Of a stretch of 64,000 nucleotides of DNA, positions 10,931 to 21,386 are shown piece by piece. The stretch spans positions 128,001-192,000 of the forward strand of contig CAVYNY010000016.1 of assembly GCA_963769935.1 (NCBI GenBank), in the 5' to 3' direction. This stretch comes from an uncultured delta proteobacterium (GTDB lineage: Bacteria; Desulfobacterota; Desulfobacteria; Desulfobacterales; JAFDCJ01). How positions within the stretch are numbered: the stretch's first letter is position 1; the number at the start of each line of letters is the position of its first letter. The notes beneath the pieces are model-generated. The model did no database searches. It was not told where the DNA came from and saw nothing but the letters and a program-made list of their open reading frames with translations. The position numbers were made by a program, and so were the translations under genes.

Positions 10931-11078
10931 CTTTTTTGCATTTCATGAAAAATTATTTTCATCACGAAAACACGAAATCTTAAAAGTACGAAATTTATCT
11001 TCTCAATCTTTCGTGTTTTCGTTCTTTCGCGCTTTCGTGATTAATGTCTTTTTTTGGTTCCGGCTTGTCCGGGTTAAG
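10931..11078. repeat. About 150 bp dispersed element with inverted CACGAAA arrays; second copy in reverse orientation at about 36850-37000
   Basis: tttcgtgttttcgttctttcgcgctttcgtgattaat here versus attaatcacgaaagcgcgaaaggacgaaaacacgaaa at about 36885. Confidence 0.8.
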
Positions 11079-11360
11079 GGTTACAGTTTAGCCAGATAAC
11101 GATCATACCCATAACATATTAAAAACACAATTCTATTTAATTGCAATGGAACTATATCCCGCAAGAAGACAATCCATAACAGGAGTTTTCAATTTCAATT
11201 GATTTCAGAGAATTATTTTTAAATTAACGTTTTTTGATGACAGAAAGGGGCAGGACATGCTAGGGTGGCGTACCGCGGAAAGCTAAGAGTTGTCGGACGC
11301 CTTCATAGATCGGAACCCTGCAGCGCAAAAATCTAAATAATTCTTCTGGAGGGAAGGGTT

Positions 11361-13277
11361 ATGGACAAGCTTTTTACCCCTTTTGCAATTAAAAATATCC
11401 GGTTGAAAAATCGAATTGTGATGCCCGCTCTGGCATCATTTTTGATCCGGGACAACGGCGGGATATCAGATGCAGCGGTGGAGCATTACCGCCGGCGAGC
11501 CGGCGGCGGACCGGCCATGGTCATTATGGAGGCCTGCGCCGTCTCACCCGAAGGTGTGGTAGCCCCCCATCAGGCCGTCATTTATGATGACTGCTTTATT
11601 GACGGGCTGGCCAGGATCGCCCGCGCCATTAAAGAAGAAGGGGCCGTCCCCGCAGTTCAGATCCATCACGGCGGCCGTCAAACATCGGCCAAAGTCATCA
11701 ACCGCAAACCCCTGGCGCCGTCGCCCCTGCCCTGCCCCACAATCCGTGGCGAAGTGGAACCCTTGACGGTTGACGGCATTCAGCAGCTGGTGCAAAAATT
11801 CGGCGATGCCGCCGACAGAGCACATCAGGCAGGATTTGAACTGATTGAAATCCACGGTGCCCACGGCTATCTGGTGAATCAATTTCTGTCGCGGTTTTCC
11901 AACATTCGCGAAGATGAATATGGCAAAGATGTGGCCGGCCGAACCCGCTTTGCCAAAGAAATTGTGGCGGAAGTCCGGCAGCGCGTCGGCGAAGATTTTC
12001 CCATTTCCTTTAAAATCAGCGCTGAGGAATATGTCGAAAGCGGCCTGACGACAAAAGAGAGCATTGAAATCCTGAAAATCCTGGTGCCGGCCGGTGTCGA
12101 TGTTATCCAGGTTTCGGCCGGAAATGATGTGACGGCCGAATGGATCTGTCAGCCGATGTTCATGAAGCAAGCCTGCCTGGTTGAATCGGCCAGCCAGGTA
12201 AAAAAGGCCCTGGATGTTCCGGTGATGGCCGTCGGAAGAATCAACGAACCCCGGATCGCCGACGAGATCATCCGGCAGCGAAAAGCCGACTTGGTGTGCA
12301 TCGGCCGCGGGTTGCTGGCGGACCCGGAAATGCCCAGAAAAGCGCAGGAAGGCAGGCTGGATGAAATTCGCACCTGCATTGCCTGTAATACGTGCATGCA
12401 ATCGATTTTCAAAAGAGGCCGCATCGAGTGTCTGGTGAACCCCATGTTGGGCCGCGAAAAAGAAATGGCTTTCATACCGACCCAAAATCCGAAAAAGGTG
12501 ATGGTGGTCGGCGGGGGACCCGGAGGCTTGAATGTCGCCTGGGTGGCTGCCAAACGCGGGCATGACGTGCATGTTTATGAAAAGCGCCGTGAGCTCGGAG
12601 GACAGCTGGTTCCCGGCAGCACACCGGGCCACAAAGCCGAATTGCGCTCCTTAATTCGCTTCCAGGAAAAACAGGCCGAGCTGTTCGGAGTCAAATGCCA
12701 CCTGAATCACGAGGTGCAGGCCGAAGACATTGAGGCCTTCAAACCCGATGTCTTGATTCTGGCCACCGGCTCTCTGCCGGCTCTGCCACAGGTCGCAGGT
12801 ATTGATAAAAATATCGTACTCACCTACGAAGATGTACTGGACGGCGACCCGCCGCGTTATAAAACCGTCGTTATCATCGGCGGGGGAGCCACCGGTCTGG
12901 AGCTGGCGCTTCATCTGACCGAATACGGCTGTATACCGACGGTCATAGAAATGCTTCCTAAAATCGGCAGCGGGCTGGAGGCCATGACTAAAAAAATCAT
13001 ACTCCAACGGCTCAAGGAAAAAAATGTCCGTATTTTGACCAATACCAAATTGTCAAAAATCGAAGACACGGGCGTCGAGGTTGTCGCCAAAAACGACGGG
13101 AGGCATTTCATAGAAGCTGAAAAAGTGGTAATCGCTATCGGCACCCGTCCGGACACCAGACTCTATGACAGGATAAAATCCCTGGGTTATGATATCCATC
13201 AGGTTGGTGACTGCCTGGAACCCCGCAATGCCAAGGAAGCCATTTATGAAAGTGCCGTGCTGGGGAGAAAAATATAA
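11361..13277 (+). CDS. NADH:flavin oxidoreductase (OYE / 2,4-dienoyl-CoA reductase-like; FMN, 4Fe-4S, FAD)
   Basis: LKNRIVMP, QIHHGGR, EIHGAHGYL, CIACNTC...C cluster motif, two GxGxxG Rossmann motifs. Confidence 0.92.
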   Translation: MDKLFTPFAIKNIRLKNRIVMPALASFLIRDNGGISDAAVEHYRRRAGGGPAMVIMEACAVSPEGVVAPHQAVIYDDCFIDGLARIARAIKEEGAVPAVQIHHGGRQTSAKVINRKPLAPSPLPCPTIRGEVEPLTVDGIQQLVQKFGDAADRAHQAGFELIEIHGAHGYLVNQFLSRFSNIREDEYGKDVAGRTRFAKEIVAEVRQRVGEDFPISFKISAEEYVESGLTTKESIEILKILVPAGVDVIQVSAGNDVTAEWICQPMFMKQACLVESASQVKKALDVPVMAVGRINEPRIADEIIRQRKADLVCIGRGLLADPEMPRKAQEGRLDEIRTCIACNTCMQSIFKRGRIECLVNPMLGREKEMAFIPTQNPKKVMVVGGGPGGLNVAWVAAKRGHDVHVYEKRRELGGQLVPGSTPGHKAELRSLIRFQEKQAELFGVKCHLNHEVQAEDIEAFKPDVLILATGSLPALPQVAGIDKNIVLTYEDVLDGDPPRYKTVVIIGGGATGLELALHLTEYGCIPTVIEMLPKIGSGLEAMTKKIILQRLKEKNVRILTNTKLSKIEDTGVEVVAKNDGRHFIEAEKVVIAIGTRPDTRLYDRIKSLGYDIHQVGDCLEPRNAKEAIYESAVLGRKI

Positions 13278-13346
13278 ATGAATATTGAAGATTGTCGATT
13301 GAATATTTAAGGTATTCCGTCGATTTTATTTTCGGCTTTTACTAAA

Positions 13347-13730
13347 ATGGCGACTGTTATCCTCATACTCCTCCTTCTGATCGGTTGGGATTTCGGGTGG
13401 TATCTGGCCGGGGTTAGGCCTCTGTTTCCCTGGCAGTTGAAGAAACTTTTGAAAGGCAAAAGGGATCCGATCAGTCTCATCGATGTCCGCACTTCCTGGG
13501 AATATAACTGGTTTCATATCAAGGGCGCCGCAAATAAACCCGAACTGCTTTATGACGTTACAGCCTTGCCTGCCAAAAGCAAAGAAGAGCCGGTCATTGT
13601 AATCTGCATGACCGGCCATCGTTCGCCGCTGGTGGCTTACCGACTGAAAAAACGCGGATTCAACAGGGTGTATAATCTAACCTGGGGAATGCTGGCCTGG
13701 AAACTGTTTGGAATGTCGAATGACGAATGA
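13347..13730 (+). CDS. Rhodanese-like domain protein with an N-terminal TM helix
   Basis: LIDVRT..EY...HIKGA, active loop CMTGHRS, NLTWGMLAW. Confidence 0.85.
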   Translation: MATVILILLLLIGWDFGWYLAGVRPLFPWQLKKLLKGKRDPISLIDVRTSWEYNWFHIKGAANKPELLYDVTALPAKSKEEPVIVICMTGHRSPLVAYRLKKRGFNRVYNLTWGMLAWKLFGMSNDE

Positions 13731-13876
13731 AGAATGTCGAACGTTTGAATTGTCCATTGAATATTGAAAATTGAATATTGGTGGAATCCTATCTATTTTA
13801 AGCGCATAGCAGCACACATATAGATTAAAAGACAGGATACCTTAAATTTTCAATCGGCAATCTTCAATATTCAATT

Positions 13877-14929
13877 TTAAGGTTCGTCATTCTTCCGGTA
13901 TTGCCGGTACAGGCCCCTGAATTGATGGTACGTCAGACCCAGCAGCTGCGCCGCTTTTTTCTGGTTAAATTTTGCCTTTGCCAGGGCCTGCTCAAGCAGC
14001 CGGACCTTCAGCTCCCCCAACGCCTCTTTCATGGGCTTGGCCATCAAGTCCTCGAAACCGGGTGATGTTTTCCCCGCGCCGGCATCGGCTGCCCGTTTTT
14101 GCAATTCTGGCGGTTTTGGTGGAAAAGGTGAAGAAAACGGATCGAATACAATTTCGGCAATCAGGGTTGAATCCGATCGATATACCGCCCGCTCCACCAC
14201 ATTTTTTAACTCCCGCACATTGCCGGGCCAGTGATGATTTTCCAGGGACCTTACGGCTTCGGGGCTGAATTGCGGGATTTCCTGCCTCCCAAGTTCGACC
14301 GCCATGCGTCCGGCAAAATAGTTGGCCAGCAGCAGAATATCCTCGCCCCGCTCCCGTAACGGCGGCACGATTAAGACCTCAAATGAAAGCCGGTCCAGTA
14401 AATCCAGTTTAAACCTTTTTTTAAGGGCCAGCGCCTTCACGTCTGCATTGGTGGCCGCAATAATCCGCACATCAACCTCGATACTCTCGGAACTGCCGAC
14501 GCGCTCAAATGTATTGTATTCCACGACACGCAAAATCTTTTCCTGGACTCCCATGGGGATATTGCCGATTTCATCCAGAAAAAGGGTTCCGCTGTCGGCC
14601 GCTTCAAAGCGCCCTTTACGCTGGACAGTGGCTCCGGTAAAGGCACCCTTTTCAAAACCGAATAATTCCGACTCGATCAGCGAACGCGAAAGCGCCGAAC
14701 AGTTAAGGGTCAGGAAAGGTCCCTGCCACCTGTGCGACAAATAATGCAGGCGGTTGGCAGCCAATTCTTTGCCTGTACCCCGTTCTCCCAACAGAAGCAC
14801 CGGTCGGTTGACAGGTGCCACCTTGGACAATCGCTCCTGAAACTCCAAAAAAATTTCGGATTGGCCCAGCGCCTCGACGTCGCCGGTGGGAGATCCCCCG
14901 CTGTAATGTCTTTTTGAATGAGCATTCAT
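13877..14929 (-). CDS. pspF: Phage shock operon sigma54 activator
   Basis: GERGTGKE, GAFTGA, WPGNVREL and a C-terminal HTH (LGLTYHQFRGL) with no N-terminal regulatory domain. Divergent from pspA. Start codon uncertain. Confidence 0.92.
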   Translation of the reverse strand: MNAHSKRHYSGGSPTGDVEALGQSEIFLEFQERLSKVAPVNRPVLLLGERGTGKELAANRLHYLSHRWQGPFLTLNCSALSRSLIESELFGFEKGAFTGATVQRKGRFEAADSGTLFLDEIGNIPMGVQEKILRVVEYNTFERVGSSESIEVDVRIIAATNADVKALALKKRFKLDLLDRLSFEVLIVPPLRERGEDILLLANYFAGRMAVELGRQEIPQFSPEAVRSLENHHWPGNVRELKNVVERAVYRSDSTLIAEIVFDPFSSPFPPKPPELQKRAADAGAGKTSPGFEDLMAKPMKEALGELKVRLLEQALAKAKFNQKKAAQLLGLTYHQFRGLYRQYRKNDEP

Positions 14930-14984
14930 AGGTTCAAGGTACTGGGTTATATCAAGTAAAGGTATTATAGCAAAGGCCAACATG

Positions 14985-15019
14985 TGGTTATATATGCTAT
15001 TGAATAGCATTTTTTACCA
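14985..15019. promoter_or_regulatory. Putative PspF upstream activator sites
   Basis: Imperfect inverted repeat TGGTTATATATGCTA-ttgaa-TAGCATTTTTTACCA, about 70-100 bp upstream of the sigma54 promoter. IHF-like TTTCAAGTGGTTA at 15057-15069 lies between them. Confidence 0.55.
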
Positions 15020-15084
15020 TAAGCCCGGCGACCTTGTCAACTCAAAAATCTATTAGTTTCAAGTGGTTATTCGGATAAAACATT

Positions 15085-15101
15085 TTGGCATAGATCATGC
15101 T
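15085..15101 (+). promoter_or_regulatory. sigma54 (-24/-12) promoter of pspABC
   Basis: TTGGCATAGATCATGCT, with exact GG-N10-GC spacing. Confidence 0.85.
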
Positions 15102-15141
15102 CCTGCATAGGTCATAACTTCAACATCAATTTTGGAGGTAC

Positions 15142-15804
15142 ATGATGGGTATTTTCACACGATTCCGCGATATCATCAGTTCCAATATCAATGCGATGCT
15201 CGACAAAGCCGAGGATCCCGAGAAGCTGATCAGGCTCATGATCAGGGAAATAGAAGACACATTGGTCGAAATTAAAACTGCATGTGCCGGGGTAATGGCC
15301 GGGAGCAAAAAAATTCAGCGTCAGCTGGAAGGCCTGCGGGACAGAGTCGGCTACTGGGAAGAAAAAGCCGAATTGGCTGTCAACAAAGGCAGGGACGATC
15401 TGGCCCGGGAAGCACTGGTCGAAAAGCGAAAATTCACCCGCCAAACTGAATCCCTTGAAAACGAACTGGCCGAACACGACGATCTTATTCACCAGTACCA
15501 GGGTGATATTCGACAGCTTGAAGAAAAATTAAAATCGGCCCGCGACAAGCAGCGTATGCTCGTCCAACGCCACATCCATGCCCAGAGCAAAATCCGAGCG
15601 CAAAAAGAAATCCAGCGTATCGACAGCAGTGAGACTGTTATAAAATTCGGTGAGCTGGAAAACCGCATCGAACGCATGGAGGCCGAAGCTGCTCTAGTCA
15701 ATTACGGCAGTAAAACCACCTTGGAAGAAGAACTGGAAAGGCTCTCGGTTGATGAAGAAATTGAGAATGAACTGCAGGCGCTGAAAACACCGAAAGGCGA
15801 ATGA
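15142..15804 (+). CDS. pspA: Phage shock protein A
   Basis: MGIFTRFRDIISSNINAMLDKAEDPEKLIRLMI; coiled coil. Confidence 0.95.
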   Translation: MMGIFTRFRDIISSNINAMLDKAEDPEKLIRLMIREIEDTLVEIKTACAGVMAGSKKIQRQLEGLRDRVGYWEEKAELAVNKGRDDLAREALVEKRKFTRQTESLENELAEHDDLIHQYQGDIRQLEEKLKSARDKQRMLVQRHIHAQSKIRAQKEIQRIDSSETVIKFGELENRIERMEAEAALVNYGSKTTLEEELERLSVDEEIENELQALKTPKGE

Positions 15805-15885
15805 ATATTGAAGATTGAAGATTTATGGTATAGAGTCTTTTAATATTCGATATTCAATCACTTTTTCTCCGGGGTAGATTCCGTT

Positions 15886-16137
15886 ATGAAAGAAGCTCTG
15901 ATTGTTGCCATCATTTTTGGAAGCCTCGTACTGATACCGGCGGTCGTCGGAGGAACGATCATCATGTCCATCAGACTTTTAAAAGGTGGCGCTTCCCGCA
16001 AAGATCAGGCGGAAGATTCCAAAATTATCCAGGAAATATACCAAGGTCTTTCGCGCATGGAGGCAAGAGTGGAAGCGTTGGAAACCATTCTGCTGGATCG
16101 TGAAAAAGGGGATCGTAATTATGAGGAGAAACTATAG
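15886..16137 (+). CDS. pspB: Phage shock protein B
   Basis: TM helix followed by RMEARVEALETILLD; between pspA and pspC. Confidence 0.85.
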   Translation: MKEALIVAIIFGSLVLIPAVVGGTIIMSIRLLKGGASRKDQAEDSKIIQEIYQGLSRMEARVEALETILLDREKGDRNYEEKL

Positions 16138-16513
16138 CCAATCTTCCCGTGATGGACTATACCGCTCCCGCAATGGAGTTATTTTCGGGGTATGCCGGGG
16201 ACTGGCCGAGCATTTTGACTTTTCTGTTTTCTGGGCTCGAGCGATCGCCGTCGTTTTTCTTTTGGTTTCGGGTTTCTGGCCGGCAATCGGATTGTATTTG
16301 ATCGCCGCCCTGCTGATGAAGCCTGCCCCGGTTGTGGCAATCGAAAATGAAGCCGAACAGGAATTTTACAACAGCTATGCGAATTCCAGACATCTGGCAG
16401 CCCGGAGGCTGAAAAGAAGATTTGAAAACCTGGAACGTCGCATCCGGCGCATGGAACATATGGTGACCACCCGGGAGTTTGAGTGGGAGGAAAAACTGGA
16501 TAGTAGAGAATGA
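16121..16513 (+). CDS. pspC: Phage shock protein C
   Basis: ATG at 16121; LYRSRNGVIFGVCRGLAEHF; C-terminal ERRIRRMEHMVT. Confidence 0.92.
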   Translation: MRRNYSQSSRDGLYRSRNGVIFGVCRGLAEHFDFSVFWARAIAVVFLLVSGFWPAIGLYLIAALLMKPAPVVAIENEAEQEFYNSYANSRHLAARRLKRRFENLERRIRRMEHMVTTREFEWEEKLDSRE

Positions 16514-16637
16514 AGAATGACGATTGTCGAACTTCTGGAATGACAATTGACGAGTGACGAATGTCGAATGAAGGTATTCTATCTATTTTTTTATTATTAA
16601 ATAGATGGAGCGCAGCGACCCCGCAATTCGTCATTCG

Positions 16638-17234
16638 TCAATCGTCATTATTCATTCCTAGCAGTTCCTTTTCAAGCTCCAGCGAAGTAGCGACTCTCAA
16701 CAAGGGGTACAGCGGGTTGCGCCGGTAACAATTCAGCGTCTGCTCGTGAACTTCTCGGGAATAGGCCGCCGAGCAGTCCTCGAGCAGCACCGCCTTGAAA
16801 TCATGGCAGACGGCATCCATAACGGTAGTCAGGACACAAAAATGAGTGGAAATTCCACCAACTGCACAAAGCGTAACCCCCCTTTCACGCAGCCATATTT
16901 TTAAATCGGTTTGGAAAAAAGCTGAAAATCGGGGTTTTGGCAGCCAAAGATCATCATCGTTTCTATCAAGTTCGTCGATCACCTCAGCGCCCCGTGTGCC
17001 GGCAAGGGAATGGGGATGCATGCGGCCTTTAAAAATAAAATCCTCACGGTGGAAGGCATCCGTTGAAAACACAACCGGCCAGCACTGCTTCCGAAACAGG
17101 CCGCTTAATTTATTCAGCGGGGCAATGGTCTCCCGCGCCAACGGTGTGATAGGCAGTTTCCGGGTATCGTCGAAATTGTCCCGGACCATATCAATGACTA
17201 TCAGGGCGGGCGTTTCGCTTGCTGTTGCCGACAT
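16638..17234 (-). CDS. Isochorismatase-family cysteine hydrolase
   Basis: ALIVIDM, KPRFSAFFQT and GISTHFCV supply the D-K-C triad. Confidence 0.9.
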   Translation of the reverse strand: MSATASETPALIVIDMVRDNFDDTRKLPITPLARETIAPLNKLSGLFRKQCWPVVFSTDAFHREDFIFKGRMHPHSLAGTRGAEVIDELDRNDDDLWLPKPRFSAFFQTDLKIWLRERGVTLCAVGGISTHFCVLTTVMDAVCHDFKAVLLEDCSAAYSREVHEQTLNCYRRNPLYPLLRVATSLELEKELLGMNNDD

Positions 17235-17260
17235 GATTAAATCCGGTATCGTCCGGCTGG

Positions 17261-17488
17261 TTAGATTTGCTCCAGGATTTCGGCTGGAACGTCATAAGCT
17301 TCGGCCGGCGAAAAATTCGATTCACTCGGTATTGAATCAGCCAGAATTGTCTGGATTTTATCTAATATTTCGCATCCCTGAATGCAAGTGGGCAGATCAT
17401 CCCGGTTGAGGCAGTCGCGGCAGGGACTTTTTACCAGATAACCGATGTCAAAATCGAAATTATGGTTTTCACTCAGTCTTTGTTGCAT
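17261..17488 (-). CDS. Small hypothetical four-Cys protein (CxxC-x8-CxxxC)
   Basis: 75 aa; RBS GAGGTG before ATG; KSPCRDC...PTCIQGC. Confidence 0.65.
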   Translation of the reverse strand: MQQRLSENHNFDFDIGYLVKSPCRDCLNRDDLPTCIQGCEILDKIQTILADSIPSESNFSPAEAYDVPAEILEQI

Positions 17489-17974
17489 TTAAGCACCTCG
17501 TATTTTCTGGTTTCGATGGCATGATTGCGATGGATATTGCCAGGCCTGAAATAGTTGATTTAATCAGCGACAATGTGTCAACAAGTTTGCTATATACCTA
17601 TACAACTATCATGCCAACATTGTGAATATTTATATATTTTAATATATTTCAGATACTTACCCATAAGACTCACAAAGAGCCTAAAAGGTTTGTGACAAAA
17701 ACAGTCAGGCCTGGCGTCAAAATATTGTCATCCGAATCGGCTGCAAGTGTCAGAAAAAATTAAAAATGCAGGCTATGCTGCTATTCTTGCAGCCCAAAAA
17801 ACCGACAAAAAATGCAACCTAAAAAGATACTTGATAATAAAAAGCGAACCAAATTTTTTCTTCCATTAGATGTATCGGTTGCGATTCTGGTTGAGTTTAG
17901 CTTTTTTTTGAACTACTTAAATTCTATTGTCGATACGGCGCTATTAATCGCCTATCCTATCAGGGGAGGTAACG

Positions 17975-18712
17975 ATGAATGACTTGGGCCTGAATCCCGA
18001 TATTTCAGATCGGTATAAACTGTTTCTCAATGATGTCATGGAGGATCATCAGGACAAAATACATTCTGTTTACATCATCGGCAGCGCATTAACCCAGGAT
18101 TATGATCCGAAAATCTCGGACATAAATTCGGTATTTGTTCTGCATGAAATGGATCTCGATTTTCTTGACCTGCTGGCTCCCCTGGGTAAAAAATTCGGTA
18201 AAAAGCGAATAGCGGCGCCGTTGATCATGACCCCCCGATATATTGACGAATCTGTCGATGTCTTTCCGATAGAATTTTTAAATATTAAATTGCTGCATTA
18301 CACGGTATACGGCAAAGATGTTTTTAAGGATTTGGATATACCAAAATCATATCTGCGGCGTCAGTGTGAAAGGGAGCTGAAGGCTAAGCTCATCGGTCTC
18401 AGACAGGGCTATATTTCTGCTGCCGGTGAGCAAAGGCTCCTTACTCAGGGGTTGGTAGAATCCTTTGCCGGCTACATGCCGCTTTTTAAGGCCGTCATCG
18501 TATTGCTTGGCAGAGAGGCCCCCCAAATTAACAGGAAAATATTATCTTTGCTGGAGGAAGTGTCCGAAATCAAAACAGCCGCATTCATGGAGGTTTTGAT
18601 GTATAAACGCCGGAAAACAAAACCGACTTTCGACAAACTCAATCTGGTTTTTAAAGACTATTATCGGATCATTGAACAACTGGGAGATGTGGTCAATGCC
18701 CTTGAAGATTAA
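17975..18712 (+). CDS. Nucleotidyltransferase-domain protein (LemA/TPM-associated)
   Basis: IIGSAL..DY....SDIN motif and DVFPIEFL; RBS GGGGAGGT. Confidence 0.78.
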   Translation: MNDLGLNPDISDRYKLFLNDVMEDHQDKIHSVYIIGSALTQDYDPKISDINSVFVLHEMDLDFLDLLAPLGKKFGKKRIAAPLIMTPRYIDESVDVFPIEFLNIKLLHYTVYGKDVFKDLDIPKSYLRRQCERELKAKLIGLRQGYISAAGEQRLLTQGLVESFAGYMPLFKAVIVLLGREAPQINRKILSLLEEVSEIKTAAFMEVLMYKRRKTKPTFDKLNLVFKDYYRIIEQLGDVVNALED

Positions 18713-19487
18713 GCCGGCAATCTTTTTTACACTGCTGATATTGATAATCAACACCGCATCGGCTGGCCACGCCGTTGAAATTCCGCCTCTGCCTCCTGAC
18801 CCCGTCGTCGACCTCGCCGGTATCATCGACGATTCCGTTCAGACCAAACTTAATCGGTATTTGAGGGAGCTCGAACAGAAAACCACCGCTCAAATGGCGA
18901 TTCTGACGGTTAAAAGTTTACAGGGTCAATCTCTGGAAGAATTTTCGATCACCATCGCCCATGATAAATGGAAACTAGGTCAAAAAGGCAAAGACAACGG
19001 TATTCTACTGGTGATCGCCTTAGACGAGAGAAAATATAGATTCGAAGTCGGTTACGGACTGGAAGGGATCTTGCCGGACAGTCTGGTGGGCAGTATTGGC
19101 CGTCAATACCTGGTGCCTTATTTCAGAAAAGGCGATTATTCCGACGGAATTTATGCGGCGACACTGGCCATCGCCAACGAAATCGCCAAGGACGCCGGTG
19201 TACAAATTACCGAAATGCCGGCCGCCGGAATAGTCTCCCCGGTCAAAGTCCGCCAAAAATCTACCGGATTTTTGGGCAAAATAATCTCTCTGCTGTTTTT
19301 TCTTGTCATATTGATCATATTCATCAAAAATCCCAGATCTTTTCTGCTCTTTATGTTGCTTTCATCCATGGGCGGCAGAAGAGGTCCGTGGGGGGGGTCG
19401 GGAGGTGGTTTCGGCGGCGGCGGTTTCGGCGGCTTCGGCGGCGGGGGCGGCGGATTCGGCGGCGGCGGTGCGTCGGGAAGCTGGTAG
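18696..19487 (+). CDS. TPM-domain (YgcG-like) membrane protein
   Basis: VVDLAGII, WKLGQKGKDNGIL, EVGYGLEG; Gly-rich tail ending GGGGASGSW. Confidence 0.9.
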   Translation: MPLKIKPAIFFTLLILIINTASAGHAVEIPPLPPDPVVDLAGIIDDSVQTKLNRYLRELEQKTTAQMAILTVKSLQGQSLEEFSITIAHDKWKLGQKGKDNGILLVIALDERKYRFEVGYGLEGILPDSLVGSIGRQYLVPYFRKGDYSDGIYAATLAIANEIAKDAGVQITEMPAAGIVSPVKVRQKSTGFLGKIISLLFFLVILIIFIKNPRSFLLFMLLSSMGGRRGPWGGSGGGFGGGGFGGFGGGGGGFGGGGASGSW

Positions 19488-19640
19488 GCAGAAATGAAGA
19501 TTGAAAATTGAAGATTTGTGGATGTCGCTCGCGCAGCGCAGGCGCTTGCGCCGCGTGGCGCGCCGTCATTTTATTTTCAAAAAAGACAGAATTCCTTCAA
19601 TATTCAATATTCAATATTCAATCCACAAACGGAGGATCTT

Positions 19641-20216
19641 ATGTCCAAAGCGCTAAAAGTCGTGCTGATTATATTGGGTGTCACCGTATTGCTGATGTTT
19701 ATCGTAGGCGGCAAGCTGATTGCCGGTTACAACCGGGTGATTACCATGGAAGAAGATGTGAAGGGCAAGTGGGCTCAGGTGGAAAACCAGCTGAAGCGCC
19801 GTTATGACCTTGTCCCTAATCTGGTCGAAACCGTTAAAGGGTACGCCAAGCACGAAAAAGAGATTTTTGAGAACATCGCCCAGGCCCGAACGCAATATTT
19901 TCAGGCCAAAGATTTAAAAAGCCAAATCGATAGTGCCAATCGCCTTGAAGGCGCCCTTTCAAGACTGCTGCTGCTCCAGGAGCGCTATCCGGATCTCAAG
20001 GCCAACCAATCCTTTCTCAGGCTTCAAGACAGCCTGGAGGGAACCGAGAATAGAATCGCCGTTGAAAGAAAGCGCTACAACGATTCGGTCCAGATGTTGA
20101 ACACGTATATAAAGACCTTTTTAGGCAGGCTCTATGCCCTGCTGGCCGGTGTGTCGCCGGCGCAATATTATGAAATTCCGGAAGCAGAAAAAGAAGCGCC
20201 CAAGGTCAAGTTTTAG
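19641..20216 (+). CDS. lemA: LemA family protein
   Basis: WAQVENQLKRRYDLVPNLVETVKGY, YPDLKAN, TENRIAVERKRYN; ATG after GGAGGA. Confidence 0.95.
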   Translation: MSKALKVVLIILGVTVLLMFIVGGKLIAGYNRVITMEEDVKGKWAQVENQLKRRYDLVPNLVETVKGYAKHEKEIFENIAQARTQYFQAKDLKSQIDSANRLEGALSRLLLLQERYPDLKANQSFLRLQDSLEGTENRIAVERKRYNDSVQMLNTYIKTFLGRLYALLAGVSPAQYYEIPEAEKEAPKVKF

Positions 20217-20364
20217 AATCGCGCCGGACGATTCGCACCCAATGCGCCTCAGGTTCCGCTTCCAGCCCGGAGGGCTTGAGGGCCGGCTTCCGGATCGCAG
20301 AGCCTACAGCTCGGAGAGAGGGTGGAGCTTGCGGCTCAGAGAGGATACTGCAATGTACGAGACT

Positions 20365-20568
20365 TTATTTCCGGCCGGGCCGGGCTGCTTGTGGAACTGG
20401 TTCTGCTGCCCGGCCGGCTTGAGACTTGGAAGTGTGTTTATGGACGAACATACCAATGAAAAGCATGCAGAGGTGAATCGAAAAAAAATAACATAGCGCG
20501 CTGTCGCTGGAATTTAATCCCAGAGCAAGAAAAAATATGGCACCCCAGAACAGCAGCTTGGTCTTCAT
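20365..20568 (-). CDS. Small hypothetical two-TM membrane protein
   Basis: 67 aa with two hydrophobic segments; GAGGCGG upstream. Confidence 0.5.
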   Translation of the reverse strand: MKTKLLFWGAIFFLALGLNSSDSALCYFFSIHLCMLFIGMFVHKHTSKSQAGRAAEPVPQAARPGRK

Positions 20569-20805
20569 TTGAATATTTCCGCCTCAGATACCTCAGGATA
20601 TTTTTGACAATCCAAATATCGATATCGGCAGAAACATCATAAACTTGAGCGCCGCTTCGCAATCCATCAAATCAACCGGCAAAAGCGGCGCAGCAAAAGG
20701 TAATTAATCCGCCGGTCCATAGAACCGGCTCTTGCACCGGTTTGCAAAGCGCAACTCATAAAGCTTGAATCGCTATTTGTGAAGGCGGATGAATTTGCCT
20801 GAAAT

Positions 20806-21240
20806 TCAGCGTTTGGCGTGCCTGAACATTATGGGGGCCGCACAAAGAATTAAAATGTCGCCGATGGGCCCGTTGCACACCAAGGTAACGATCGAAAGGA
20901 TAACCGAATATAGATATACTTCCGAATTCACCAAAACAGCATTTAAAGTCTGGGGATCGACGATAAAAAATATCAGATTCCCGATGGATACCAAAAGAAT
21001 TCCCCATACAGCCCACTTTCGTAAGTTCCACACGCCGATGCCGCAAATAACCAATGGCGGAATATTCAGCAAGTATTTATACCCCAAGAGCTGGAGAATA
21101 TTTTCCGGTTGAACCGGTTCATATGCCATCCACAGGAAAGCTTTGAGAAGCGCAAGCCAACCAACCGCCCAAATAACCCATGGAAATTCGGATTCCATTC
21201 TCTGCGCTGGAAAAATCATAAAATCACTCCGATTCACCAT
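20806..21240 (-). CDS. Hypothetical multi-TM membrane protein
   Basis: 144 aa with about four hydrophobic segments; RBS AGGAG. Confidence 0.7.
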   Translation of the reverse strand: MVNRSDFMIFPAQRMESEFPWVIWAVGWLALLKAFLWMAYEPVQPENILQLLGYKYLLNIPPLVICGIGVWNLRKWAVWGILLVSIGNLIFFIVDPQTLNAVLVNSEVYLYSVILSIVTLVCNGPIGDILILCAAPIMFRHAKR

Positions 21241-21386
21241 CTGCTCCTTTTTTTGGCCGTTAGTATTATATATTTAAATTTTTTAGGTAGTAAAATTAAG
21301 CGATTTGGCGGTGAATGTCAATGGGCTGGACCTGCATTCCGCCGACCACGAAAAGTCGCCGGTCAGGTGAGATTGTGAAGTCGCAG

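Noticed and set aside
13877..20216. Psp locus plus NTase/TPM/LemA as a new envelope-stress system
   Set aside because: Both modules are well-known conserved clusters and are separated by divergently oriented genes.
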